Assembly: GCA_019414545.1 (NCBI GenBank) | Contig: DXLV01000005.1 | Coordinates: 12,517 to 76,516 of the forward strand | DNA: 64,000 nucleotides | From: Collinsella sp. | Lineage (GTDB): Bacteria; Actinomycetota; Coriobacteriia; Coriobacteriales; Coriobacteriaceae | Direction: 5' to 3' | Notes under the pieces: generated by a model | Databases searched by the model: none | Seen by the model: only the letters and a program-made list of their open reading frames with translations | Told to the model about the DNA's origin: nothing | Made by a program: the position numbers and the translations under genes | Part shown: one piece after another, positions 52,789-61,833 of the stretch | Position numbering within the stretch: position 1 is the first letter of the stretch | Layout of the letters: each line of letters starts with the position of its first letter

Positions 52789-53841
52789 ATGATCACTTCC
52801 GAGCTTTTCGGCACCGCGCCGTGCGGTACCCCCGTTCATCGCTACACCCTCAACGGGCCCGAGATCTGCGTTCGCATTATGGACTATGGCGCCACCGTGT
52901 TGGGCATCGACGTGCCCGACATTCCCGGCAACGTGCGCGATGTGGTGCTGGGCTTCGATAAGCTCGAGGATTACTTTGACAACCCCGCCTGCTTTGGCGC
53001 GACCATCGGCCCCGTGGCAAACCGCACCGCGGGCGCCACGATTACCATCGACGGCACGGACTGGCATATGCCCGCCAACGAGGGCGCCAACAACCTGCAC
53101 AGCGATCTTGAGCATGGCCTGCACAAGCGCGTGTGGGATGTTGAGCTCGACGAGACTCACAACGCCGTGCGCATGACCACCTCGCTTGAGGATGGCGAGC
53201 TGGGTCTTCCCGGCAACCGCACCTTTACGGCCGTGTTTACCGTGACGCGCACTGGACGTTTCCGTATCGAGTATGGCTGCGAGAGCGACCGCGCCACGTA
53301 CGTGTCCATGACCAACCACACGTACTTTAACCTTGCCGGCCATAACGCCGGAATGGACTGCGAGCACTTCTTTGTTGCTAATGCTGCTCACTACCTGCCC
53401 ATTAACGAGCAGAACATCCCCACCGGCGAGATCACTCCGGTCGAGGGAACACCGTTTGACTTTCGCGAGCTTCGCCCCGTCGCACCCGGCATGGAGGCCG
53501 ACGACCCGCAGATCAAGCAGGCCCGTGGCTACGATCACTGCCTGTGCATCGATGGCTATCAGTACGGCCGCAACCTGCGCCGCGCGATGCACGTCGAGGA
53601 GATGTGGACCGGTCGTGAGATGGACTACTACACCACTGCCCCGGGCGTGCAGCTCTACACCGGCAACTGGCTGGGCGACGAGCACGCCAAGGACGATGCC
53701 AACTATGGCTGGGGCGCCGGCTTTGCCCTCGAGGCCGAGATGTACCCCGACACGCCGCACCAGCCTCTGTTCCCGCAGGGCATTGTGGGCCCGGGCCATC
53801 CCTACAGCAATGTGATCGAATACCACTTTATGAGGCACTAA
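52789..53841 (+). CDS. galM: Aldose 1-epimerase (mutarotase)
   Basis: DVVLGFD, GATIGPVANR, NNLHS, TNHTYFNL, GYDH, QLYTGN. Confidence 0.92.
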   Translation: MITSELFGTAPCGTPVHRYTLNGPEICVRIMDYGATVLGIDVPDIPGNVRDVVLGFDKLEDYFDNPACFGATIGPVANRTAGATITIDGTDWHMPANEGANNLHSDLEHGLHKRVWDVELDETHNAVRMTTSLEDGELGLPGNRTFTAVFTVTRTGRFRIEYGCESDRATYVSMTNHTYFNLAGHNAGMDCEHFFVANAAHYLPINEQNIPTGEITPVEGTPFDFRELRPVAPGMEADDPQIKQARGYDHCLCIDGYQYGRNLRRAMHVEEMWTGREMDYYTTAPGVQLYTGNWLGDEHAKDDANYGWGAGFALEAEMYPDTPHQPLFPQGIVGPGHPYSNVIEYHFMRH

Positions 53842-54035
53842 GCCCGCAACGCGACATATCGCACAGCAGCGCCCGCCGGCACCACCGCCGACGGGCGTTT
53901 TTCTACCTATTCATTGGGGACGGTCTTAAACGGCTAGTCGTTAGGGACAGTCTTTGCCGAATGTGGCCGCCGCATAATCGATGATGCCGTGTCCTCGCGC
54001 GCAATGGTGGCGTCCGTCCCGCTTCGACCGTCGCG

Positions 54036-55301
54036 TTACGGCGCGAGAACATCCAGCGGAACAACTTGGACGCCACGCTCGGTAACATAGGCTTGCGAAC
54101 CAAACCCGATGATCACGACTTTCGAAACCGGCGGGTTGTTTCCGGCGGCAACCATGCGCTTCTCGACAGCAACAAGGCTGTCAGACGCCTCTTCGATTTG
54201 AGCAGAGCTGAGTTTAACTTCGACCGGAATCCACGTTCCGCCGGGAGCTGCAATGACCGCATCGACTTCTAGATCGCGAGAATCATGATAGTGATAGAGG
54301 CCCATTCCGTTTGCTCGCGCATAAACCCACAAATCATGGAGTGCCAGCGATTCAAAAAGCAGTCCGAGCGTCTTGAAATCTAGCAGTAGTGTCTCCGGGG
54401 TCGCCCCGAGTGCGGCGGCTGCCAGCGACGGATCGGCGAGGTGATGCTTCTTTGAGTCTCTTAAATGCACCGGAGATCTCATTGCAGGGTTCCACGCGGG
54501 AATATCGCGAACGAAACTAACCCGAGCAAGAAGAGATATATATGATGCCGCCGTCTGTCTCGACACCTCTCCGCCAAGATCGGCTACGAGCGTCTTGAGT
54601 GTCGCCAAAGTGGATTCATTTCGCGCAAGCGATTCGATGACAGCTTTGACCTTTTCAGGGTCACGGCGAGAGCCGTCGACGCGGGACAAATCTTCTTCGG
54701 CAACTATGTCAATGTAGCGTTTTGCCATCGCGGACGCAGCCCGCGTATCGCGTCCAGTCGCTGCAGGCCATCCGCCACGAACAACGCACTCGGCAATCGA
54801 GGCAGAGTCCAACGACCCGAAGGCGCCACTGAACTTTTCGCCAGAAATAATGCCCGACAGCTGAACTGCACCACTAGATTTCCCAAGTTCGAAAAGCGTC
54901 ATGGTGTCCATACGCAATTTGGCGAACCTTCCAGCGCCGCTGTGCATCGGGCGTTCGTCGTCTCGCGGTGTTGCCGATCCCGTAAATATGAACTGACCAG
55001 GCTCGCCGCCGCGGTTGTCGCACTCAAACCGTGCCGCGTCCCAAAGTTTCGGAACCTCCTGCCACTCGTCAATCAGCCGCGGCACCTCGCCGGAAACGGC
55101 AAGAGCCGGATCCGTCTCGGCGCGTAAGCGATTCTCGAAGTTGCGGGACGGGTCCATGAGAAGGAGCCTGGACGCCGCACGGGTCTCGGCCGTGGTCGTC
55201 TTTCCACACCATTTCGGTCCTTCGATGAGAACGGCACCGAATATGCCCAGCAGCTGGTCGAGCTCATTTTCGACAATTCTGGTGTAGTACTTTTTTGGCA
55301 T
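54036..55301 (-). CDS. AAA_14 ATPase with C-terminal DUF4143 / PD-(D/E)xK-like domain
   Basis: LIEGPKWCGKTT, LIDEWQ, FIFTGS, RGGWP, KHHLADPSL, LEVDAVI...PVEVKLS. Confidence 0.9.
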   Translation of the reverse strand: MPKKYYTRIVENELDQLLGIFGAVLIEGPKWCGKTTTAETRAASRLLLMDPSRNFENRLRAETDPALAVSGEVPRLIDEWQEVPKLWDAARFECDNRGGEPGQFIFTGSATPRDDERPMHSGAGRFAKLRMDTMTLFELGKSSGAVQLSGIISGEKFSGAFGSLDSASIAECVVRGGWPAATGRDTRAASAMAKRYIDIVAEEDLSRVDGSRRDPEKVKAVIESLARNESTLATLKTLVADLGGEVSRQTAASYISLLARVSFVRDIPAWNPAMRSPVHLRDSKKHHLADPSLAAAALGATPETLLLDFKTLGLLFESLALHDLWVYARANGMGLYHYHDSRDLEVDAVIAAPGGTWIPVEVKLSSAQIEEASDSLVAVEKRMVAAGNNPPVSKVVIIGFGSQAYVTERGVQVVPLDVLAP

Positions 55302-55327
55302 ATTTACCACCATTGCTATCAGCGCGT

Positions 55328-55406
55328 TTAACCAAATTTACAGTTTCCATTTAACCAAATATCGGTTCTCTGATTAACCATATTCACGCAATCCAATTAA
55401 CGAAAC
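55328..55406. repeat. Four TTAACCAAAT-like direct repeats with exact 23-bp period
   Basis: Units start at 55328, 55351, 55374 and 55397, just upstream of the ATPase start. Confidence 0.8.
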
Positions 55407-55548
55407 AGCTTTAGGAGCCGTTTTTGCGAACGGCTTAAGCTGTGATGCAGTCATTGACGTTCTAAAAGACTAGTCGAAAGGGACACTTTTTTTCATAGCT
55501 CCGACACATGCGCCAACATGCCTGAAATCGGCGCGCTACAGATTGCGC

Positions 55549-55680
55549 CCATCTACTACTTCTACTCCCGCACCCCTGACCATACGCCCCTATTTTCAAA
55601 AATCGCACGTTCGCTACCTGCGGTTTTAATATTGAGATTTTCATCGTTGTTCGAGGTAAGCGACCAAAAGTAGTAGATGG
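55549..55680. repeat. Second CATCTACTAC...GTAGTAGATG element
   Basis: CCATCTACTACTTT ... CTACCTGCGGTTTT ... AAAGTAGTAGATGG. Confidence 0.65.
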
Positions 55681-55756
55681 CCCCAATTCCTGGCCGAGGG
55701 CATCTCGCCGCTCCTCCACGGGAAAATACGATCCGTTTTCCTCCGTCCCCAGGGAA

Positions 55757-56239
55757 TCACGCGAACAGGTTCTCGATGGGATCGGGGTCGGAGCTGGGAA
55801 GATAGCGGATTTCTAGTTCTATGCCGAGCGCTTGCAGCTCTTTAAAGGCGGCGGTATCTGCATCGCCTACGGCAATGGCAGGCGTTACAGAGCGCTTGCC
55901 CTCCCTCGCCCGCATATGGCCGATGCTGATCTTGGTTATTGGCACACCGCCCTTAACCAGCGCGAGTGCATCCGTGGGCGACGCCACCATGATGAGAATC
56001 CATTGGCGCGGCGTTGCGGTATGAATGATGTCGACGGTCCTTTGCACCGAGAAAAACCGCGTCCACACGCCCTCGGGCGCCGCGACCCTCATAGGCGCCC
56101 ATTGGCGCGAATCAGCCGCGATCTCATCGTTGACGATTAGGACGAGGTTGGAACCCACAGCCTCGTTCCACAGCTCAACGTCTTGCCCGTAAATAAACCG
56201 GTCATCGATACGCGTGAGAAGGATCTTGGGTTGAGCCAT
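55757..56239 (-). CDS. Orphan mannose/sorbose-family PTS EIIB-like protein lacking the phospho-accepting His
   Basis: ILLTRIDDRFIYGQ (canonical RIDxRLIHGQ), LIVNDEIAAD, LVKGGVPITKISIG. Confidence 0.82.
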   Translation of the reverse strand: MAQPKILLTRIDDRFIYGQDVELWNEAVGSNLVLIVNDEIAADSRQWAPMRVAAPEGVWTRFFSVQRTVDIIHTATPRQWILIMVASPTDALALVKGGVPITKISIGHMRAREGKRSVTPAIAVGDADTAAFKELQALGIELEIRYLPSSDPDPIENLFA

Positions 56240-56396
56240 GGCATCCCCATTCTGTTTGAGACCCGTAAGAGCAAGATATCGCGTTTCCAATATTAGTGCA
56301 TTTAAAATGAGAAAAGCCGTCAGAACACTTGCGCGGATTTGCGATGTCCCGTATCATAGACAGCCGTTGACGCCTCAGTTGCGTCACCACATGGCC

Positions 56397-56472
56397 GCCA
56401 GCGTAGCTCAGTTGGTAGAGCACCGCTCTCGTAAAGCGGGGGTCACCGGTTCGAGCCCGGTCGCTGGCTCCA
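56397..56472 (+). tRNA. tRNA-Thr (anticodon CGT)
   Basis: GCCAGCG acceptor stem, D-arm TAGCTCAGTTGGTAGAGC, anticodon arm CCGCT-CTCGTAA-AGCGG, GGTTCGAG T-loop, encoded CCA. Confidence 0.97.
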
Positions 56473-56484
56473 TTGCATTAGTGC

Positions 56485-56520
56485 AGCTCAGAAGCGTAAT
56501 TGCTTCTGAGCTTTTTTGTT
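56485..56520 (+). terminator. Terminator after the tRNA
   Basis: AGCTCAGAAGC-gtaatt-GCTTCTGAGCT followed by a T run. Confidence 0.8.
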
Positions 56521-56743
56521 TTCGCGTCTCTTTCCTCCTTCTCCGAGGAGTGAAAAAGGGGTGAAAAACTTTTTTAACTGTTTTCCATAAATAGTTAGCA
56601 TCATCCAACGTTCACATTAGATCGAACAACAATCCTGTTACGCATAGCCTAATTCCGCTGAGTATCAGAGAAGAACGTCCGGATTATATGCATCCAGCTT
56701 CGCTTCTCCAGTCGCCAGTGACTCCTCCAGCCGGTCAGCATAT

Positions 56744-57703
56744 TCAACAATAGAGCCGTAGAATATGGGAGTAAAATCCGAACTTTTCGATAAAGAGGGG
56801 TTCCGCTACGTCAATCCTCTTCTTGGCAACCGCGGCCTCATCCTTTTCATAGTACCCAGTGCCAGGAATCCGCTCGTTTGCCTGCGGCAAGCACTTAAGC
56901 TGCCTACACAAGCGCGCCGACCCCTTTGAAAGACCCATAAAGGTGATAGCACCAGAGATTACGCCACCGACGCCCACAACAACCTTGCCAGCGGCATCCC
57001 CCACCGTCTGCTTTGTTATCTTGATACCCATGAAGCTCAAGAGCTTCTTCAGGATCGGATACCAACTGGTCTTGGTTAGCGACTGGCGAGCGACCTTTTT
57101 CGCGACCGCCTCTTGGGCGTTTTTGGCGATTACGGTTAGCATCGAATTCGCGCTGCCTACACCCATCATCACACCGAGCAACACTGCCATTTCGTAGAGA
57201 GTCTCGTCATCAACGTCGTCACATTCTTCAAAAAAGGTCTGCCAGCCATACAGGTATGCCAGTTTCTGCATAATCCTGAATGCGTGCACGTAGTATTACG
57301 TAATATCGGCAGGAATGGTGCCCACCATCGCGACACCTCCGGGAAGACCCGCTGCAAAGGAAAAGGCGGTTGACTTCTTTGCCTCATAATCAATTACTTC
57401 TCTAGCAATTCTATCGATCAGGCCCACATCGATTCCGGCGGTAACGGGGGTCGTTTCCACGGCAAACTCGCCGACATCTTTATGGACACCCTTCCTCCTC
57501 AGCTCCGAGCGGAGGAAATGGGGCCGATCAATTCTCACTCCCTTTAGCCGAGCAACTTTTTTCATAAAGTCAATCAAAAATCTCTGGGCCTCCGCCAACT
57601 GCTCATCGCTCTTGTCTTTTAACTCTGCAAAAGCCGAATCAACGAGAACAGCGACCCCAAGGCCCTCGCCCTCGTTTTTCTTTCCAAGCAGCCTGACGTC
57701 CAT
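56744..57703 (-). pseudogene. EcsC-like protein interrupted by an in-frame TAA
   Basis: ...GLPGGVAMVGTIPADIT-TAA-YYVHAFRIMQKLAYLYGW...: the two track ORFs are in the same frame and separated by a stop at 57296-57298. Confidence 0.7.
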
Positions 57704-57715
57704 ACAGCCTTCCAA

Positions 57716-57957
57716 TCAATGCGCCGCGCGGGCTATCGCGTTCTGCGACAGGCCGGACGCACGGAGCCTGAGGGCCTCCCTGGCCCTTATCCTTCTCGCC
57801 ATGCTGTACCTCCTTGGTCTCGGCTGCATGGACAGCCGGAACGTACCAGGGGGACGGTGCCGACGGGAATATCGGCGGTGCCGAACGGCAATATTCGGGA
57901 TGTGAGCGGACGGTGTGTAAGCGCAATATCGCCGGTGTCAAAGAGGACAATTACTCA
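57716..57957 (-). mobile_element. istA: IS21-family left-end remnant with the first 28 codons of istA
   Basis: Minus strand begins TGAGTAATTG, has several GGTG..G.AATAT subterminal repeats, an AAGGAGG RBS, then MARRIRAREALRLRASGLSQNAIARAAH* (57802-57716). Confidence 0.7.
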
Positions 57958-57999
57958 AACAGGTGAAGGAGGGCATCGAGGAGGATAAGGAGATTTACG

Positions 58000-58248
58000 G
58001 TGGCAATTAAGAAGCCAACTCGCCGCGTCATGCCCGTTGGAGAGGCGAGCATGACCCTCATGGGTAATCAAGACACACGAAACAAAGGGGATTCGACAAG
58101 TCGCAAGAAAGGGGAGTGCATCACCTTTTGGGTTACGGAAGAGCAGAAGCAAGAGATGAGCACCTACGCGGCGGAACACAACACCACGGTATCAAGGATC
58201 ATCATCGAAGGCCTTGAGATACGCATGGGTAAAGGGCAATCATTATAG
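58000..58248 (+). CDS. Small ribbon-helix-helix (CopG/ParG-like) DNA-binding protein
   Basis: Strong RBS; ECITFWVTEEQKQEMSTYAAEHNTTVSRIIIEGLE beta-helix-helix pattern. Confidence 0.65.
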   Translation: MAIKKPTRRVMPVGEASMTLMGNQDTRNKGDSTSRKKGECITFWVTEEQKQEMSTYAAEHNTTVSRIIIEGLEIRMGKGQSL

Positions 58249-58284
58249 CTTAGCCTTCTGCAATTGCTGCGACTCGATGCGGTC

Positions 58285-59934
58285 CTATCGATTTGCGCAA
58301 CGGTGTGACGCGTTATCTAGACTGACGATCGTTTCCGCTGCATTTGCCAGCTCATTATCATGTGAAACAATGATAATGAGCTGTTTCAATTTGTTGTTTC
58401 TGACATACGAAGCGAGTTCGGCTCGGCTTGTTTCATCCAATCCAGTTGTAGGCTCATCGAGCACCAAGACTGATGGATTACGGGAAATTGCCGACCACAA
58501 GTATACACGGCGCAGCTCACCACCCGAAAGTTCAGGACAACGTTTCTCAAGCAAGCCCTCTATGCTGGTTGTCAACGACGGTAGCTCATTCATATGCTGG
58601 TGCTTTGTAAAAAATGGGGTGTTGAAATAATCCAACAGGTCCCGAACCGTCTCATCTGGAGCGAAGCACGGTTGGGGGCAGCACGATATCGTGTCTGAAC
58701 GTATGTAATCCAAATTGCATTTTTCAATCGGCATGTCGTTGTATGTTACTTTGCCTGCCGATGGATACAGCCCAAGGAGCAGGTAAAGGAGCGACGTTTT
58801 TCCTCTTCCATTTTCTCCGGTTATGCAGTATGTTCCAGGGCCGGAGAAATCGAAGGAAAATCCGTCAAGAACCTTTCGGGGAGATCCGTCTGGAAGGGGT
58901 ACCGTAAAATCCAACTTGGAAACAGAAATGCGATTTATTGTGTCAATCTTGACTAAACCTGTCTGATCTTGCTCTGGTTCCGGTCCTACCTTTCCCATGG
59001 CGCTCATCCTGTCCCACGAAGCCTTGGCATCCTGATAGGACTTGAACAGGTTCATCGTGTTTTTCAAGGTTTTAAATAGGACGGCAAAATATGCACCGAC
59101 GATGGTGTATTCGCCTATCGTCATGGTTCCATTGATGATTCGCACTCCGGATACGATGAGTATTATCGCTTGAAACACGGCAGCAAAAAGGCTGTCAATC
59201 GATGTTAGTGAGAATGAGAGCTTTCCCGAGTGCAAGACCTTTGGAAAATACTTTTCAAATCCGGTGTCAAGTGCTAGCTCGCTTTTATTGTATGAAGACG
59301 TTAACTGAATGTTGAGAATCTGATTCAACTGCGATGCTATTACGGCATAGAAAGCGCTATCTGCCTCCTTCTTCTCGTACATGACTTTATATAGAAGCTT
59401 TCGCAATCCGGTAATAACGAAGAGATATGCCACAAGAAGGAGGATGGAGAATAGTGCGAGGAGTGGATCAACCGACCATATGACGAGCAACACGAAAGGA
59501 ATGGCGACAACAGACAGGGGAGCGCTGATAAAGTTTGTTAGAACGAAAGAAGAAACAACACCTGAGTCAGTGAAAATCCTTTGCGTCGTATAGGCTGAGT
59601 CGGTTGTTCGGTTCGTCAGAAAATTAACTCGCTCAAAGCGCAAGACGGTTTCCCTGAGTAGGTCAAAAGAAAGCTTTGTGGATATACGGATAGATAACGT
59701 TCCTGCAAAATATGAAAATAAGGCAGAAAAGACCCCTATTGAAGCTACGAAGAGCGCAAAAAGCACAGCATCCTTCTCGCTGCGATTGGCAAGAAGGAAA
59801 TCTAAGAACTTTCCGTTCACATATGGTGCGGCATAGGAAAGGGCGATTCCAATCGTCGTGATGGCAATGAACGTGAAAGCACCCTTTGTTTTACTAAACT
59901 TCGATAAGACGTACCGAATCAAGAATGGCCCCAA
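58285..59934 (-). CDS. ABC exporter (TMD+NBD, no peptidase domain) of the RiPP-like cluster
   Basis: About six TMs, GENGRGKTS, LSGGELRR, VLDEPTTGLD, IVSHD. Confidence 0.88.
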   Translation of the reverse strand: MGPFLIRYVLSKFSKTKGAFTFIAITTIGIALSYAAPYVNGKFLDFLLANRSEKDAVLFALFVASIGVFSALFSYFAGTLSIRISTKLSFDLLRETVLRFERVNFLTNRTTDSAYTTQRIFTDSGVVSSFVLTNFISAPLSVVAIPFVLLVIWSVDPLLALFSILLLVAYLFVITGLRKLLYKVMYEKKEADSAFYAVIASQLNQILNIQLTSSYNKSELALDTGFEKYFPKVLHSGKLSFSLTSIDSLFAAVFQAIILIVSGVRIINGTMTIGEYTIVGAYFAVLFKTLKNTMNLFKSYQDAKASWDRMSAMGKVGPEPEQDQTGLVKIDTINRISVSKLDFTVPLPDGSPRKVLDGFSFDFSGPGTYCITGENGRGKTSLLYLLLGLYPSAGKVTYNDMPIEKCNLDYIRSDTISCCPQPCFAPDETVRDLLDYFNTPFFTKHQHMNELPSLTTSIEGLLEKRCPELSGGELRRVYLWSAISRNPSVLVLDEPTTGLDETSRAELASYVRNNKLKQLIIIVSHDNELANAAETIVSLDNASHRCANR

Positions 59935-60194
59935 TCTATCAGGTATGAAATACCAACTGATGACACCTTACACCGCGGTTCGGTGGAAACGAAGCGGCGA
60001 CTAATCGGCACGAGCGCTTCCATAGAGAGTCTTTGCGAGCTGGATCCTCATAGAAACGGGAATTTTATGTTCGATCAATAGGCCGCGCACGGCAGTCGGA
60101 CGGCTGAAAAATAAAACAGCCGTCCGACTAAAGCTGTAAATTTTTTCATTGTTTGTTGGGCATGCGCCTGAAGTTTCATGCAATAGGAAATCCA

Positions 60195-60536
60195 TTATGA
60201 CCATGGTCGAAATGTGAACACTACGATCGTTAGCAAGGAGACGCCAAGACCGGCAAAGATTATGATGAGCGGCAGAATGAAAGCCGCCGATGCCGATAAT
60301 GGGATTTGGGACGCAAAGGCAATGATGCCCGCGAGAACGAGACCGGCTCCCGTCAACGCTATTCCGAGTCCGACCAATCTGGCAACAAGAGGAATCTTCT
60401 CGCTTGGAATATGAGCGATATGGTAACTGTGAATCAGGCCGGGATTGCCGGTCTTTACCATTAACACCCCGACAACGAGAAAGCAGATTCCTCCTACCAT
60501 GCCGCCAATGGATGATCTTAGCGCTTCAGGACTCAT
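60195..60536 (-). CDS. 3-TM membrane protein (DUF3784-like; possible immunity or accessory protein)
   Basis: TM-GNPGLIHSYH-TM-TM layout; ATGA overlap with the precursor gene. Confidence 0.65.
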   Translation of the reverse strand: MSPEALRSSIGGMVGGICFLVVGVLMVKTGNPGLIHSYHIAHIPSEKIPLVARLVGLGIALTGAGLVLAGIIAFASQIPLSASAAFILPLIIIFAGLGVSLLTIVVFTFRPWS

Positions 60537-60736
60537 TGCTCGTCTTGGCCACCTTGCTCGCTGAGGGGAAGTGCTGCGGCAAAAGTGATGAGGACCAGTT
60601 CATAGGCTCCAACTGCGGTGACTCCGACCGCCACATTTGCTCCCCACACGATGTAATACATGTCGAACCAAGTTTCCGTTCCAAGAGTCGATGCTCTGGT
60701 CGGATTCATGTTGTCTACTACGGGCTTCTCGTACAT
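60533..60736 (-). CDS. Candidate RiPP precursor peptide (67 aa)
   Basis: MYEKPVV... YxxP leader motif, hydrophobic core, AAGGAG RBS, ATG directly after the radical SAM stop codon. Confidence 0.75.
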   Translation of the reverse strand: MYEKPVVDNMNPTRASTLGTETWFDMYYIVWGANVAVGVTAVGAYELVLITFAAALPLSEQGGQDEQ

Positions 60737-61825
60737 TTAACCCAACATCTCCTTCAACGATGAGTTCAACAGTTCATCCGCGGTATCATCAATCAGGTCA
60801 ACGTGTAGATCACCTCCCATATCTATATCGCAAATTGTGTCGGACATACGCTCCATGTCGTCAATGGTCCACATGTGGTTACAGAGGTCTTGAACCAGTT
60901 TTGTGGACCAAATTGAGCTAAGTCCGTTGTTCCAGTAATCCTCAAGAGGGTGGTTTCTGATGTTGCCAACCACTAACGGGATATACGGAGAAACGACGAT
61001 GTCGCCGTTTGCGTGCACTGAAACCTGATCTAATAGATATCGGTTATCAGAGAAGCGAATTAGATGGTCGACGGGGTCGCCCCATTGCGGTCGGACATTC
61101 GGGTGCTTCCGAAGGAAGTCGTCCTCTTGAATGGCGTGAATCAACGTACGGTATTGGGAATAGTCCGGTCTAATAAATGTGTTCTTTCGCGCACGGCCCA
61201 AAACCATGAGGGGTTGGACACGTAGTTCGATAAAGTCACCCGGCGTCCTCTTCGGCCTGTTAGATTTGGTGAAAATCTCATCTAATAGTGAGATGACATC
61301 GGGAAACTGTTCGGTGTTGAACGACGTGGGCGTAAATGCGATAGCAAGGTGCAAATCGGAATGGTTGAGTACGGTGGCAACTGCTTCTTCGACGATTTCG
61401 AAGGCTCCCTCATGTCCCCTCAGCCTATCGTGAGCTGACCCAATGCCGTCTAGGCTAAATTGGATGCTTTTGAGTCCGGAATCTTCTAAATCTCGGAGAA
61501 GGGATTCCGTGAGGAGAAGCCCGTTGGTTACCAGGCTCGCTGCAACATTCCCATCTCGCAATATGGGAAGGCAGCGCAAGATATCTTTACTGCGCAACAA
61601 GGTTTCTCCTCCACAGAAACACATGCTGTAAAGCGACATGTCTGCCATTTCCTTTGCGAAAACAAAAAGTTCATCTGAGGTCAACTCGTCGTGCATGACC
61701 TCATTCTCGCCGCTGCTGTTATAGCAGTGCAGACATCTCAAGTTGCACTTGTTTGTTATGTCAAGGGCGACGTGATGTGGCGCTCTGAGAACGTTGGTGT
61801 ACTTGTTTTCCGAAACTCGTCCCAT
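60737..61825 (-). CDS. Radical SAM peptide-modifying enzyme, C-terminal SPASM-like region without cluster cysteines
   Basis: DITNKCNLRCLHCYN, CGGETLL, VTNG, QFSLDG, HDRLRG; C-terminal NGDIVVSPYIPLVVGNIR. Confidence 0.9.
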   Translation of the reverse strand: MGRVSENKYTNVLRAPHHVALDITNKCNLRCLHCYNSSGENEVMHDELTSDELFVFAKEMADMSLYSMCFCGGETLLRSKDILRCLPILRDGNVAASLVTNGLLLTESLLRDLEDSGLKSIQFSLDGIGSAHDRLRGHEGAFEIVEEAVATVLNHSDLHLAIAFTPTSFNTEQFPDVISLLDEIFTKSNRPKRTPGDFIELRVQPLMVLGRARKNTFIRPDYSQYRTLIHAIQEDDFLRKHPNVRPQWGDPVDHLIRFSDNRYLLDQVSVHANGDIVVSPYIPLVVGNIRNHPLEDYWNNGLSSIWSTKLVQDLCNHMWTIDDMERMSDTICDIDMGGDLHVDLIDDTADELLNSSLKEMLG

Positions 61826-61833
61826 GGTTCCTC

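Noticed and set aside
55328..55406. Possible mini CRISPR array
   Set aside because: 10-bp repeats with 13-nt spacers are far too short, and no cas genes are present.
60001..60204. 67-aa ORF between the membrane protein and the ABC exporter as an extra precursor
   Set aside because: No clear RBS, no leader motif and no similarity to the YEKP peptide.
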